From the human T2T-CHM13v2.0 reference genome, Homo sapiens: a stretch of 64,000 nt of DNA. Under the pieces are notes generated by a model. The model was not told the DNA's origin, searched no databases, and saw only the letters and a program-made list of their open reading frames with translations. The stretch is taken from assembly GCF_009914755.1 (NCBI RefSeq), contig NC_060932.1. The stretch is one strand, 5' to 3'. Below, one piece after another: positions 1 to 13,864 of this stretch. The position numbers were made by a program, and so were the translations under genes. Numbering within the stretch: the first letter of the stretch is position 1; each line of letters begins with the position of its first letter.

Positions 1-3000
1 GATGACCTCATCTTCTAGATGAAAGTGATCTTATGCAAATTTCTTTGGGATCTCTACTTTATATTACAAAAAATCTCTGTTTTCAACATTATTTCCCATC
101 ATTTATCTTCTTTCTAAGGGGTAATCATCTTATCTAATTGACAAGATTTTACAGCATGCTAGAATTCTCCCCTCTTGTACAGCCTCAGTATTTTTCTTTC
201 CACAAGATTTTCCTGGTTCCCTCTCTTTCATCATGTGTGATCTAAACCACTCTCAAAGATTCTCTTTCCCATTCCATTTGTTATCAAATTACTTTTAAAA
301 AGTAAATGATATAAGCCGCTAGCTAGACCCAACTGATTAAAAAAAGTTTTTAATTTTTCTTCCCCCAGTGAAACTTGGACTAATTAACTAATAACCCTTT
401 CTCAGTTAGTCCTCAATAGGAGCAGTGTACCTAGTTCGTAAAATTTCCTCTGCAGTTACCATTCTGATACACCACTCTTAAGTTTTCCTCTGACATCTCT
501 TATGGTTAGCAGCAGTTTACATGACTTTCTAAAGCCCATTTGGGTTTAATAGACTGAGAATATTTTATTCATTAAGATTCCTTCAGAGGAGTCATGGTAT
601 CCCAAGGACATACAATGGTAGGTAATGAAAGTTGGTTGTTAAACTGCTTGCAAAAGAAGATAACCCTACTAACTATGCCCTTGATATTGTTCCTGTGAGT
701 CTGAAAATGAGAGGGAGAACGGGCCGCAGGACAGGGAGTAAGTGGAAATTGGAACAGCCTGAATTGCTTTGCCTACTGCAGATAAGAGACTCCCCCAGGT
801 AGGCTCTCTCTGGGAGGAAGAACCTACAGTTGTAAATTTCGACAACTATGATTGGTGGCTAAAGGGTTGACAAGGGACCTGAAAGAATATACATGCATTA
901 TCAGGGCTTTTAATTGTGTTAGTTGTGGAGTATAGAATGTACCCATATTGATCTGTTCCCCTGAAAACGTTTAATACCTATATGTTGTTAATTACTACTG
1001 TGTATGTGTGTCTGTGTGCGTGAGAGAGAGAATAGTTCTTTAGGAAAATTCAAAGAGGCTCTAATTTTTAAATCTAGGTGGAAAATAAGATTTAAGAGTC
1101 ATTATGATAAAGGGCTGGTTCATATCTAAATACAGCATCTGCATATAAGACAATTAAAAGGGGAAAAATCAAACATATAAAGACAAGTTTCTAGTATGCC
1201 ATCCAATGTTTCATAAAATAATTCACTGCATTTATTCATATTCAATAAGATTATCTACATAGAGAAATAAAATTGGAATCCATTAATTATCCACAAACTT
1301 CATATGATTTAAAAGCACTTTTAGGTTACATACACACGTGGATTTAAGATTAGTTATCCAGATTACCATTTTGGAATATAGAGTTTACATATTCTGTCTC
1401 TCTTTTTTGTTGAAATCAAAAATTACCCACACACCACAAAACTCTAAAGCAAAATTATTTATGGTCTAAAACTGACCAGTATTACTCAATTTTAATGTAA
1501 ATTCTTCTTTGTTTTGTATTAGTCTTCCTTTTAGAAAACTAGTTTATTTCTGTACAGCCATGAGGTAATAAGTAACAAAATCCTTAAGGATGATAGTGAT
1601 TATATTATTTACAATTAATCTTCCTCCTAAGAGTCACAACGTTAAAAGGAAAGGGGAAAGGACACTTTCTAATGTGAACACTATGCATATTCCAGAAGGA
1701 ATACTTATCATGCTAGGTCAACAGGGGCTTCCATTTTTATCCAAAGTTCTATCGCAATTTCTCATTTAATTTCACTACAGCAAAACCTTTCCGTACCACC
1801 CACCAAATAGAGGAGGCGTAATTTAGTTCTTATATAATAAACAGCATCTGCATATGGAAATGGTCTCCCTAGCTCCTTTTGCAAGCACATCTATAGGCCT
1901 TATTACAAAGTCAACACTTTCTTTATTCTTTGGGGATGGGGTCAAAATTGGCAGCTAAAAACGTGAAGCATATAATAATAAAATGCATAAGTGATTGTAG
2001 CTATCAAGCATTATATAACTTCTAGAGGTTACTTTCAGCTTGATCTTAGATTCTAGAGTCATTGACTTTAATACATCTCCTGGAAAAAGATAAAAGTTTA
2101 TTCCAAATCAAATATCTGAGTATATTAAAGAGCTTACCTTTTTAACCAAGACAGTTGGAATCCTTCAACTTGCTAATTCCAGGGAAGGATCCTCAAGTGA
2201 CTTAACAGTGACCTTGACTGTGCTACACCAGGACGGGTTTACCAGCAATCACAGATTCATCTGTAGGTAGGGGTGTGTGTGTGTTTTTCCTTTCCTTTCC
2301 TTTTATAACCAAAGTTTTACTTCACAGGCTACCAAAGGAATAAGATAATGCTGCCTATCTTAGTGGGGCCCTGTGGATGTCTCACAAACACATTTGGTAA
2401 GTTGGCAAAATAACGTACTATGAATGTCCACTAATGATGTCCCATTGTTTTTAAATCTCCTTCTCAGTGTGGAACTGCACTAATTAAGAGCTGACATAGG
2501 CACAACTCAGTTTCCTGAGGTGCCACACAGTTCATATTAGTCAACTCTGTGCTTTCTCAGTCGTCCTGGGATTGCTGGAGTGCTTATGCCATATTTCAGG
2601 TCACAAAGGGGAATAAAATTATCTATTTAATTTGAGGATCATCTCCCCCTTTGCCTGGAGTTGATCTGAGTCTTTCTCACCATAATTTCTTTAAGTTATC
2701 TTTGCAAAAAAACAGGTAGATGTAAGGGCAAACACCAAGTCAGGAATGCATTTATGTTTAAACTTACAGTTGTTGGAGGTTTCTTCACCAGCACCCTTAA
2801 GATGACATGGATAACTCAGGATAAAGAAAGAAAACTATTATTCTGCAACATATACCATCCATCAGCATAATCTGCCATTAAAAATAATTGGCACCTTTAA
2901 TTATGTACTTATTTCAGACATAAAACATTTGACCTCAAAAGCAGATGAGGGAACAAAGGTTTTCTTGTAAAACTGCAGTAACTAGAAAAACAGAAATTAA

Positions 3001-4185
3001 AACCAGGAATATATATGTCTAAAGCTTGTATATTTAACTATGAAGGACGGTTGATTCTTAATTGCTTTCTTGTTTTCCTGGGAGAGGTGAGGGGATCCTT
3101 ATCCTATCTCCTGCCCTCCCATTAATTCACCCTGTATTTTGGAGCAATACCCGTATTAACATAATTGACATCTACAAAAATTAAGCCCATCTTTTAGACC
3201 ATCAACCAAGAAATAAGTGACTGATTTTACTGTGTTTGCATTTACAGTAGATCCTCACAAAGGAAGTATTTAAAGCCTCTTACACATATTTTTCCATTCT
3301 ATCCTTTCTCTCTTCTAAATAGATGACACTTTTGTTTGTTTTACGTTTTATAACAGATAAGCATTAAATTTTTCCAAGTAGTTTTAAGCATTTTAGCTTC
3401 TCCATAATATAACATTTATGGTAATAAAATAAGTATTTACATTCAAAACATTAACAAGCTGTTATTTTACAGAACTGCTAAATGTATAATCTGAAAAATC
3501 ATAACTGAAATGCTTTTTATATTATTGTCAAAATTGGTTGGCAATAAACCATACTAGCACAATTAATGCAAAAATATAAAATGTAGATATTTTTCCAAAT
3601 TGCTTTTCCAAAAGTATGTCTGAAAGGACAATTAAATGTGGTATTTGAACACCATGAATCATTAAATAAATTCAAAGTATTGCAAGAAATATAGATAGAC
3701 AATTATGTCGGTAAAGCTTAAATGATTTAAGAAGTAGAACAGTATCAATATCAACTTCTCTTTTAATAACTCAATTTAATCACAAAACTTTTTCAGAACT
3801 GTTCCAACTCCCATATAAACTTAAGGTGGCAAAATTTAAACTATTTTAATATTCCCGTCTGTTTAGTCCTCCATATTGACAATAAAGCATAATTATTTAA
3901 GGCATAATTATTTATTGATTTGTAATTACAATAGTAAGAAAATGATAACTGGAGTATAGTACTGATTTAGAGGGAAAAAAAACCTAGATTTCACCCTATA
4001 AATATTCATATATTCTAGACAAGAAACATGAGCCTAAAGTTTATATACCATGCTAACAATCCAAACTTGCAATTCAAATAAACCATCTGCCGTCAGTCTA
4101 ATGATCCATCTGTGCAGGCATTTAAACACTGACAACACAGGTGAGCAGTTACAATAAATTTCATGAATTAAAATACATAAGCACT

Positions 4186-4220
4186 TATGCACGTGCACGC
4201 GCGCGCACACACACACACAC
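4186..4220. repeat. Alternating purine-pyrimidine tract with (CG)4 and (CA)n
   Basis: tatgcacgtgcacgcgcgcgcacacacacacacac, read directly. Confidence 0.95.
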
Positions 4221-5140
4221 CTCAGCAACTGACATTAGTTTTGTAAAATTAACAACTTTAAAACTCAACAAAAATTCAGTCTTATTGTGCACATTGCCTT
4301 TTCTTAGTCTTGCCCATGTGGAGATAAATATGGAGGAAAATTTAAGCACCTATGCCACCCATTTAGTGAGCAAAGACAATTTGGAGAAATCAAGTCACAT
4401 GCCCTCTTTACAATATAGGAAATTCAGGGAACTAAGTGTAAACAAGCTGAATTATCTATTCAGTTTACTTGGATCTCCATTTAATAAAATTGTACCTATT
4501 GTATACATACGTACATAACCCAGATAATCTTATTCATCCTTAGCAAAAATTATAGTACATAAATTTCCAGTGTACTTAAGGAAAGGGAAGATGCTCATTG
4601 ATACAAATACTCCTGAGAATACAAAACATTACTTAGCCATTAGTTTTAGTGTACAAACATAAGGAAGAGGTTAGAAGCATTTACATTTCAGCTATGAATG
4701 TATGTTACCTGTATATTTACACTTTACCTTTATCACAATGTTGAATTTCTCACTAAACCTGCTTAGTAATAGAAATAAATATTCAAAAGTTACTTTCCAA
4801 GAACCAAGGACCTAAAACCTTGAGACACAGTATGATTTTCATAGGAAACTGCGTTTGCTACAATGTTTGTACCATGAGCATTTAAATTTTCTCACTAATT
4901 TGCTGATCACCACTTCACTAATCTGCTTAATTAACTCAAATATCATAAAAGACTGCGTGGATTTTCTTAGAGTTAAAAAAGTATGCACAATCAGCACATT
5001 CTTTAAGAATAAATTTTTCTAAATAAAGTCATGATTATTAATATGTTAGTGAATGCCCCCAAATTTTACCATTCTATGCTATAGAATTCCTACTTTATAG
5101 ACCGTATCAAATGTTATCATTGATGATATTCTTATTAATA

Positions 5141-5236
5141 TATTTTACCTTTATTACTGAACATGAAAACTATGTTTACAAATAACCATATTTTACCTTT
5201 ATTACTGAACATGAAAACTATATTTACAAATAACCA
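5141..5236. repeat. 48-bp tandem duplication (2 copies, 1 mismatch)
   Basis: 5141-5188 and 5189-5236 are identical except tatgttt vs tatattt. Confidence 0.97.
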
Positions 5237-6659
5237 TATTGCTTAAGACTGCTCATAAGTTCATGTTTTGAACAGTTTTAAATATTAAATCACTAATGGA
5301 ATACTGTTTTATATGAAATAACTTTTCATATATTGTGCCCTATAGAAAAGTAAAATGAATCAGATTTATTTCCTTTTTACATTATTTTAAAATATGAAGT
5401 AAATTTTTGTTCTTTTATTTTGTAAAGTTAATTGTAGAATGGGGGAAGAATAAAATACTTAAGTTTACTTCAGAATCTATACATAAAGATACAGTATTGC
5501 ATAATTTAATGCAATAAAATTGAAAATATTTTAGAAAAAGAGTGAAGATTTCCCCTCAGTTTGCTCTCCCCCGCCCGACACCCATCAAGTTTATTCAGCC
5601 ATATCTTGGGCAAATATTTTTATTCTTTTTCCGTCTTGCAAAAAGAAAACCAGAAACTAAAGAATAAAAGTCCTTTAGAAGGAAAGAAGATAATTCAAAA
5701 TTATCATGCTCATGTACTAAAAAAGTGAAAACTATGAAGATAGAAAATAATGACACAGTGAAATTCAATGATAGATTAAATCCCGTGGAGAATTCCCCAT
5801 GTATTTTATTCTGGGGATCCGAAAGGACAGGTTTTCTTTGCCTGTTGTTTCATAATCTTTTCCTCTAGCAAATATTGCCTCTTGAATTCTCTCCTACAGG
5901 TTTTGCATGCCTGAAGAAGAGGCTGAGCCCACAGTTACAGGCTGTTGAATAGCCACAGGGTTAGATGTTGGCAAGGGTTTCGTCTCTTTTAGGCTTCTCA
6001 AAAAATTTAAAAAACAAACAAACAAACAAAAACACAATTCTTAAAAACCACCATAGGGAGCAAAAAGAAAATGGAAAAGAGCAGAGATAAAGAAACAGAG
6101 GCATTGTTTTCTGCAGACTAAGCCTGCTGAGCTACGTGCACTGCACAATATTTACTTCCCTGCTTTCATTGAAAACGCCAAATGTGCCTATATTATTCTA
6201 AAAAGTACAGCTGATCCTTCTGTTTGGGCCAACAGGTCTATAGGCCAGAACACATTCCAAAGCTTTTCCCTTGAGGCTGTCTGCCCAAAGCCAGATAACA
6301 TCTTCTATCCATAGGGCTTGGTCTGCCTTGGTGGATGTCATTTGGAGAAATGCATCCATATCAAAATTTACCCTGGACCCCATTCCAACTTCCTTTTTTT
6401 CTGGAGAAGTAACTGAATTTATTTAGAAATAAAATCAGTATCTCTGTGGAAGGCTTGTTGGATGGAGAAATGAGAATACTGGATCCACGTAGAGGTGTAG
6501 TTCATTTGTATACAATGGACAAGAAAAATACTTTAACTTGGAACTACTGGCTCAGAGAAAGCTTAATAGTAACACTTGCAGAATGACTGAAAAAAGGGAA
6601 TCTGACTTCCCTGGTTTAAAAATGTTCAATGAGAGATTATTGCTGAAGAAATACCTTTC

Positions 6660-6910
6660 AGTCATTCATTTATTCATTCCACATGGCAATTATGTACCAG
6701 CAGGGTAAAGTGAAAAGAGGCAATACAAAGGTTTTCCTCAGGGACTATCGTCTTCTCTTCTCCATCCAGCTTTTCATTTTATAACAGCTTTTTATCATAC
6801 TGAATTAAAACATTGTGTTCAGATCCATCATTCTGACTAGACTGATATCTCCTTGAAGGAATGTTTTACTTGTCATCATTATGACCCTAACACTTAGCTC
6901 TCCAATAACA
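6660..6910. mobile_element. Degenerate L2 3'-end fragments, apparently in both orientations
   Basis: cattcatttattcatt tail-like motif, then ctagactgatatctccttgaagg resembling the L2 3' end. Confidence 0.5.
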
Positions 6911-7328
6911 ATTTCAAAGACTGGATATTTACTCTGTATAACGTAAATGTATTATTTCATCAACAATTTTTCATCCTCTCCTTCCATTTATTTTCCCTGA
7001 CTGTAAGTTTCAGTTTCACTGTGTCTCTACCTGCACTTTTAGCATTTCTCTTTCGCTGTGCAACATCACTTCATTTTCTGTTGATGATTTTAACACTACT
7101 GTGTGTGTGTGTGTGTTGAATCAGAAAACACATGTGTTAGTTGCCACCCCCATCTTAACCCACACTCTGAGATATGTCCAAGGTGCCAAATGCATGGCAG
7201 TCACTACTAAGCTTTCAGTGGGTCAACCTAAGTCTTTTGGAAGCTAGATCTGTATAATACATATTGATCTGTTGCCAGGAGCCTTGTGGAAATTCCAAAG
7301 AGATGATATAGGATCAAAATATTTTTCC

Positions 7329-7472
7329 TTAGCCAGGAATGGTGGTGCATGCCTTAGTCCCATCTACTCTGGAGGTTGAGGTGGGAGGATGCTTGAGCCC
7401 AGGAGTTTGAGGCTGCAGTGATCTATGATCGTGCTACTGTACCAGGTGACAGAGTGAGACCCTGACTCTAAA
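7329..7472 (+). mobile_element. Alu right monomer (FRAM/AluJ-type)
   Basis: gcttgagcccaggagtttgaggctgcagtga...gacagagtgagaccctg. Confidence 0.9.
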
Positions 7473-7599
7473 TACACACATACATAATATATGTAGACAT
7501 ATGTGTGCCTGTGTATGTATGTACATATATACACACACACATATATATATACACACATACATATACGTATCTATATACATACATGCCATATATATATAT
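7473..7599. repeat. Compound (TA)/(CA)/(TG) microsatellite at the Alu tail
   Basis: Read directly. Confidence 0.92.
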
Positions 7600-9553
7600 G
7601 GTATGAAATTTAACCGAGCTACAAGAAGAAATGACCCAGGGGAGGGGCATGGGGAAAGAGGAAAAATCTGTTCCCATCAACAGTTTTCTGGACATTGATA
7701 CAACCAAGTAGGGAATTTAGTATATTATTTTTATATAACAAATTTAGTCTTTCACACTCTTGGAAGTTCTGAAAACTCCTTCAGGAAATAACCCAAACAG
7801 ATTTTTTTTTAAAAGACTTATGCTTACATTTTAAATTTTATCAGTTTCAATTATTTCTTAGAGTTGTAAGTTACAGATAAGTGCAATAACAATTATTATT
7901 CTCTTGTTTTCTTACAAACAATAAATTATACAGTAAAAGATTATATATTTAGAAATTATTTTTGTTTTAATATGTTTGTTACCATTTTCCATAAATATCT
8001 ATCTATAAATATATTTGTACAGCATCCAATCCACAAGGTCATTAGCATAATAGATATTAAATATAACAAGGCATTCAAACGTAGAGATTTAAAAAAATGG
8101 GAACTGAATGTCAGTGGAATTTTTAAAAAACCTGCTTTTTATTCCATTTGTTCTTTAAAAATTTTATACACAAGATTTTTCACGTTCCACATTGCGTAAG
8201 TTTCACACATTTTCTTAAGTCTTTACTTTTTCATAATATGAATAAAATCAGAAATACCTGAATATGCTCAACTAATAATAATAGACAAGTCCACTATTGC
8301 ATTTAGTAGTAAAAAACAATATAGCATTTCAGTATAAGTTGGAGGTGCTTAGTATCCACATTATAAATTGAGATAAAATCAGTATTTATATTCATATTTC
8401 CTCATTCACTCTCTCCCCTCCCACTCTCTATCTCAGGATGTGTAAATAAAATAAATAAACCTGGCATAAGAATGGGAAATATTAAAACATTTCTAGCACA
8501 AAGGACAGATATTCAATTTATTACACACTAAAGAGAAAAGATACTACACTTGCCAAAGAAATCTAACCTCAATTATCACAAAAGTCATCATGATTATATG
8601 GTGACTCCTAAGTCTCTAAACACAACCCCTTAAATGTAAAATAGAACATTGGGGTTTTTTGTGTGTTTGTGTGTATACCAAACAGTATTTTTGTAAAAGA
8701 TAAGTAGTCTCTTTTGAAATGAATTCAATGTATACAGACGTAATGTTTTTTAACATAAGCATCTTTCAACTGTATGTCCTACTTTATTGATTCCAATGCT
8801 CCACTGTGATTTATTTATGGAAATTTACATGGAATGGGTTCAAAGATATTTGAAGCATTCATACCTGATACAGTTTATTCTCTACAGGGAGTAGCAGTTT
8901 TCCTGGGAACAAATTATGCACTGAATTTAATGCTCATTTTCACTTTTGATGTGTTTCTTTTAAGAGTGCTATTTCAATTGGGGTAAGATTGTATATTATG
9001 TTTCACTCTTACGGTTAGGATTATTTTCTGTTCAGCTGAAGATACTCCACTTGGGAGCCACTCATTCCACCCACATTGTCAATGAAGCACCGTGTTAGGA
9101 CCACAGACACCTGACCACAGTCAGAGGTGCTGAGTCGTGTGTGAATACCCATCTCGTCTCCTGTCCCCAGGATGTCTAAACTTGTAGCCTGAGAGTACAT
9201 CTAGCCGCCCTCAACACAACACAGTGGCTGAAGCTTTAAGATTTAAAAATCTGGAGTTACTGGTGGCCTGGCCATATTTCAGCCATAGCAACCTGCAACA
9301 ATACGGTGACAAAACCAACGTCCAGAGAGAAGCAAATTAAACCATACACAGAATTCTAACACATATACTTATATCCGTGCACATGCCATTACTATTTTTT
9401 GAATGCACGTAAAAAGTTTTGTGATTATCAACAAGAAAAATCCAATTTTAAAGTATTTTTGTATTAATAATTTGTTATAATTTTTTTCAGATGAAAACCA
9501 TTAAAATGACATATTCTGCAATATTGTACCTGGTACAGGGAAAGGGTACAAGG

Positions 9554-9956
<403 letters not shown>

Positions 9957-10069
9957 TGACTCTTATCTCCAAAAGGTACGTGGCATGTAAGAATCACATA
10001 CGCTTCTCAAAGGCTTCCCGTGTGTCCAAGCTTCATGAATATTAAGTTAATTGTATTAAGCTCTTCTAA

Positions 10070-10232
10070 TATATCACTGTGCTGAGGTTTTTACATATAT
10101 TTAGTGCCCACAACAACGTTTTGAGATAGTACTAATTATCTTCATGTTACAGTTGAAGAATTTGAATTTACAGTGAAAGAATTCAGACCCAAGTTGGCAG
10201 AATTCAATGCCCATGCTTTTAACTATTATACT
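10070..10232 (-). mobile_element. MIR fragment
   Basis: cacaacaac...gagatag...ttacagttgaagaa...gcccatgcttttaactattata resembles the MIR reverse complement. Confidence 0.65.
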
Positions 10233-10679
10233 ATCTCAAAATTATTTACCTAGTGAGGCAATATGGTGGCATGAATGGGCAAGCAAACAAATAGTTTCAT
10301 CCTGACTTCTATCCTTTAGGTTGTAATAAATTGGACCAAAATCTTCGAATGTCAGAGCAAGAATTTTGCCCCAGGTATTCCCCATGCTTATTTACTGTGA
10401 CACCATAAGGACTCCCTTACAAAATATGACTCTGCTTTTTAAATACAGCCCCAGAAATGCATTGGAATATTTCGGCATGTTTCTCTGCCAGAAAAATATA
10501 TAACGGAGCTTTACAAAACAGATTTTTGGAAAAAGCTAAAAGGGAGCAAGAGAGATCTGATTTCTTCATAGATGAATCATGAAGGAATCATCTATGAATA
10601 AGAAATGTGAACAAATTAAATGGCTATACATCAAAATAGTGCATGTTGAACACTAGAAATAAAATAAATTATAGTATCC

Positions 10680-10840
10680 ATTTTACTGAGCAATTATCAT
10701 GTGCCTGGTATTATATGGTGTTACAATCCTGACATGTTTTATTAATACATTCCTTGTAACAGCTTATGTGGTAGGTAGTGTTCTTTTCCCTATTTTACAA
10801 ATGGTTTAATGGAGACTAAGGTAGATTAAATGATTTTCTG
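10680..10840 (-). mobile_element. MIR fragment
   Basis: ttactgagca...gtgcctgg...gtaggta...ccctattttacaaatg core motif. Confidence 0.7.
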
Positions 10841-13570
10841 AGTTTTAGGAAATATACATATTTATAATCATATGTACATTTATATTCTCATATATATAAA
10901 TTTTGGTTAGCTTTTATATACAAAAATAAGGTTGACTAATTTTCATCCAATTTCTATCTAATGAATTCTAATAGGTTAGCTCATTAAGTGAATTAATCTT
11001 CTATTCATATTAAGTAATATTCAATTTTCAAAAAAATGCTCATCCCATAAAACTGAGATTATATTTATAATTACCAAATAAGCAAGATAAACCTAACCTG
11101 ATTTATTATTTTTATTTGATTTACTTTATCACTGGACTGGTGATGTTTGGACCAAAATGATCCACACTATATCAAGTTAGAATGGCCGCCAGAGTTCCCT
11201 GCTCTGTTTCCCAGAAACCGAATGCTCAACATGATGAAGTCATTTTTTGAATACCAAACAGAAATAGTCCCAAACTCATCACCCCAGGTTCTAGAACGAA
11301 CATTCCACTGATGTGTGTGGGGATGCGTGTACATGCTTGGGTCTAGCTTTTGGTCAAACTACATCATGTAATATAATAAATCTAGGATTCCTGTTAGCAG
11401 AGAACTATCAGGATACAAGTATTTCATTTGGAATTCTGTCTTATGTTACTGCAGTACCAAATATTTGTTGATTTTGTTGATGATAGTGGTCTATTCTGGG
11501 ACATTTTTCAAAAGCAAGGCCCAAATTCAAGTAATTTACTAGATTAATTAATTACCTATGGTTAGGAGAATTGTTACCATAGCAAAGAAATATACACATA
11601 CAAAATAACTCAAATGCAGTAAGTTTTTTTTTAAATCAGTCAGGATTCAGAATGAGTAAAACTAAGATTTTTACTTTGTTTGCCTAAAGTCTGTGATCCT
11701 GCCTCCACTGGAAGACGGAATTTTTAAAAATTAACTAAACACATTTTATCCTTGAAATCTCAACATAAGTAACACTATTTAAACCCAGAATGTCAAACTG
11801 AAAGAATATTATGTACAAAAAATAAAAGATATACACTGCATTGTTGAACCAAATTGTAAAATTTAAACATAATAAATTACACTATAAAAGTTGATCATTC
11901 AAACTCTCCGTTAGAAGATCAAAATGACAAATAGGTAGAAATACCATACAAAGCTGGGGCACCTTAAGATTATTTCTTGGTCTTAATAGTCCAAATTAAT
12001 AATCCAAGTGTCTATTTTAGTAAGTGGTTATATATGAAGCCTTTTGAATTAAGGTTAAAGGAGAACATATCCCATCTGTGGGGAAGAAACATAAGCAGAT
12101 GGAAACAAGATAAGCTAAAGAGATTACTTTCCTGTTACCTGTCCTGAGACTTAGGACCCAAGCAGGATTTAACAAGTAGTTTTTAATGTTGGGATGGCAT
12201 CTAAAGGTTTTATGACATTAAAGATTCACAGAAACATTTTTAATGGAGGTAATATACAAAATAAATCATTTAAAATATAGTAAAGTAGGAGAACTGAATA
12301 ATTTTCACTTTGCAAGCATAGGAAGGGACAATTTTTCCTCCCATTTCTGCCTTAATAGGTAGAAAAATCTAAGAGTTTTCTAAGGAAGGAAGGAGAGAGC
12401 TGTCTTTATGTGTCACTTTTATTATCATGGAAGATATCAGGCATTAATTTTCTTACCATTGTAGAATAATTTTAAACATGTAGGTTCCAAGAATGATATG
12501 GTGTTTTTTTAAAGCCTTTAAAACACATTAAACATGAGAGAAGACAGGCAATTCAGAGACATTATGATACAAAATGAATAAAAGCTGATCAGATATGAAC
12601 TAGAATATTTGAAGCACTGTGAACGATGACATGTCTGGGTATGCATGACTAATCAAGTTGGCTTCGTTTATTTAAATCCAGAAAAATTACTTCCGTACAA
12701 AGCAAAATAGTTTTGCGAAATGCATATTACTGTGCCTATTCAGGTTTGTGATTTGGTAACTGAATTCTCCTTTTATCTTTCAGTCTCTTTTGTATGAATA
12801 AAACAGATTGTGACTAATTGAAAACGGTAGTCAGAAAGCAATCAGGCTGACATGGTTAATAACAGGCTGTTCAATTGAAGCATTGTTATGAACCAAATGA
12901 AAATTACATTTCTTTGCTAAATATGAAATCTGCTATTGCTATCATATGTACAACTCTTTTTAAATTGGATGTAAAAGTAAGAAAAATCACAGATTCCAAG
13001 ATATCTTTCTTAGATGTTAGCCTATTTTTAAGTATATGCATTTTCAATTTATTATTAATATATTTTTATATCTTGTTTAAATCAGGAATATAGTTCGTAA
13101 GCACATCAGTGATAAAGATAGACACAGTCTCTCTGACCAGTTTAATGAATCAGCAAATGATACATGTTCTCTACAAGAAAAGTTGGAATCAGTTACTTCC
13201 TAATGCAGCCACTACACACTTAGAATGGAATCAGTGGTAGGATCCATTAGGGGAAAACATTATCTAGTCCATTCATTAGTAGGATCTAGAGTATTTATAC
13301 TATATGACATCTTATCTACCTTCTGATCAAAAACACATAGACAGTTACTTAATAGATACTGAACACAATGTTAAAATACCATAATAAAGGCCATGAAAAG
13401 GATTATAATTTAATGGATATAAAATATACAACATTTACACATCATATGTATTAGGAACCAGAATACTGTATTTTTATTTCCACAGATTGAAGTCATTTAA
13501 TGCATGAGATTGCCTGAAAAGAGAGGCTGGTTTTAATACGGGCCTAGCATTTAAAACCTGAGAGGATTTG

Positions 13571-13750
13571 CCTCCCGAGTAGCTGTGACTACAGGTACCT
13601 GCCACCATGCCCGGCTAATTTTTTGTATTTTTAGTAGAAATGAGGTTTCACCATGTTAGCCAGGATGGTCTTGATTTCCTGACCTCGTGATCTGCCCACC
13701 TCGGCCTCCCAAAGTGCTAGGATTACAGGTGTGAGCCACTGCACCCGGCC
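13571..13750 (-). mobile_element. AluY 5' portion (about positions 1-180), inverted
   Basis: gttagccaggatggtcttgatttcctgacctcgtgatc Y-type diagnostics; ends in cccggcc, the Alu 5' end. Confidence 0.95.
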
Positions 13751-13864
13751 ATGAACCCGGGAGGCAGAGCTTGCACTGAGCCAAAATCGCGCCACTGCAC
13801 TCCAGCCTGGGCTACAGAGTGAGACTCCGACTCAAGAAAAACAAAAACAAACAAACAAAAAAAA
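13751..13864 (+). mobile_element. AluY 3' portion and A tail, same insertion as the previous feature
   Basis: tgaacccgggaggcagagcttgca...gagactcc plus A-rich tail; shared TSD at 13553-13570 and 13865-13882. Confidence 0.95.

Noticed and set aside
4141-4518. 125-aa ORF
   Set aside because: GTG start, runs through a dinucleotide repeat (ARARARTHTH), no recognisable domain
5881-5960. Strong plus-strand acceptor tctctcctacag
   Set aside because: Stops in all frames within about 55 nt and no convincing donor; such acceptors occur by chance
7364-7707. Three overlapping ORFs
   Set aside because: Translations of a microsatellite and an Alu monomer
11183-11200. Possible CTCF site tggccgccagagttcc, and gctgccacct at 19295
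   Set aside because: Each matches only half of the core motif
11231-11311. Box C (ATGATGA) and box D (CTGA) spanning 81 nt, snoRNA-like
   Set aside because: Only about 3 bp of terminal stem, no clear C'/D' boxes, and the best rRNA complement I could recall mismatches at the +5 position. Such pairs are expected by chance. A similar pair at 28322-28385 has no stem.
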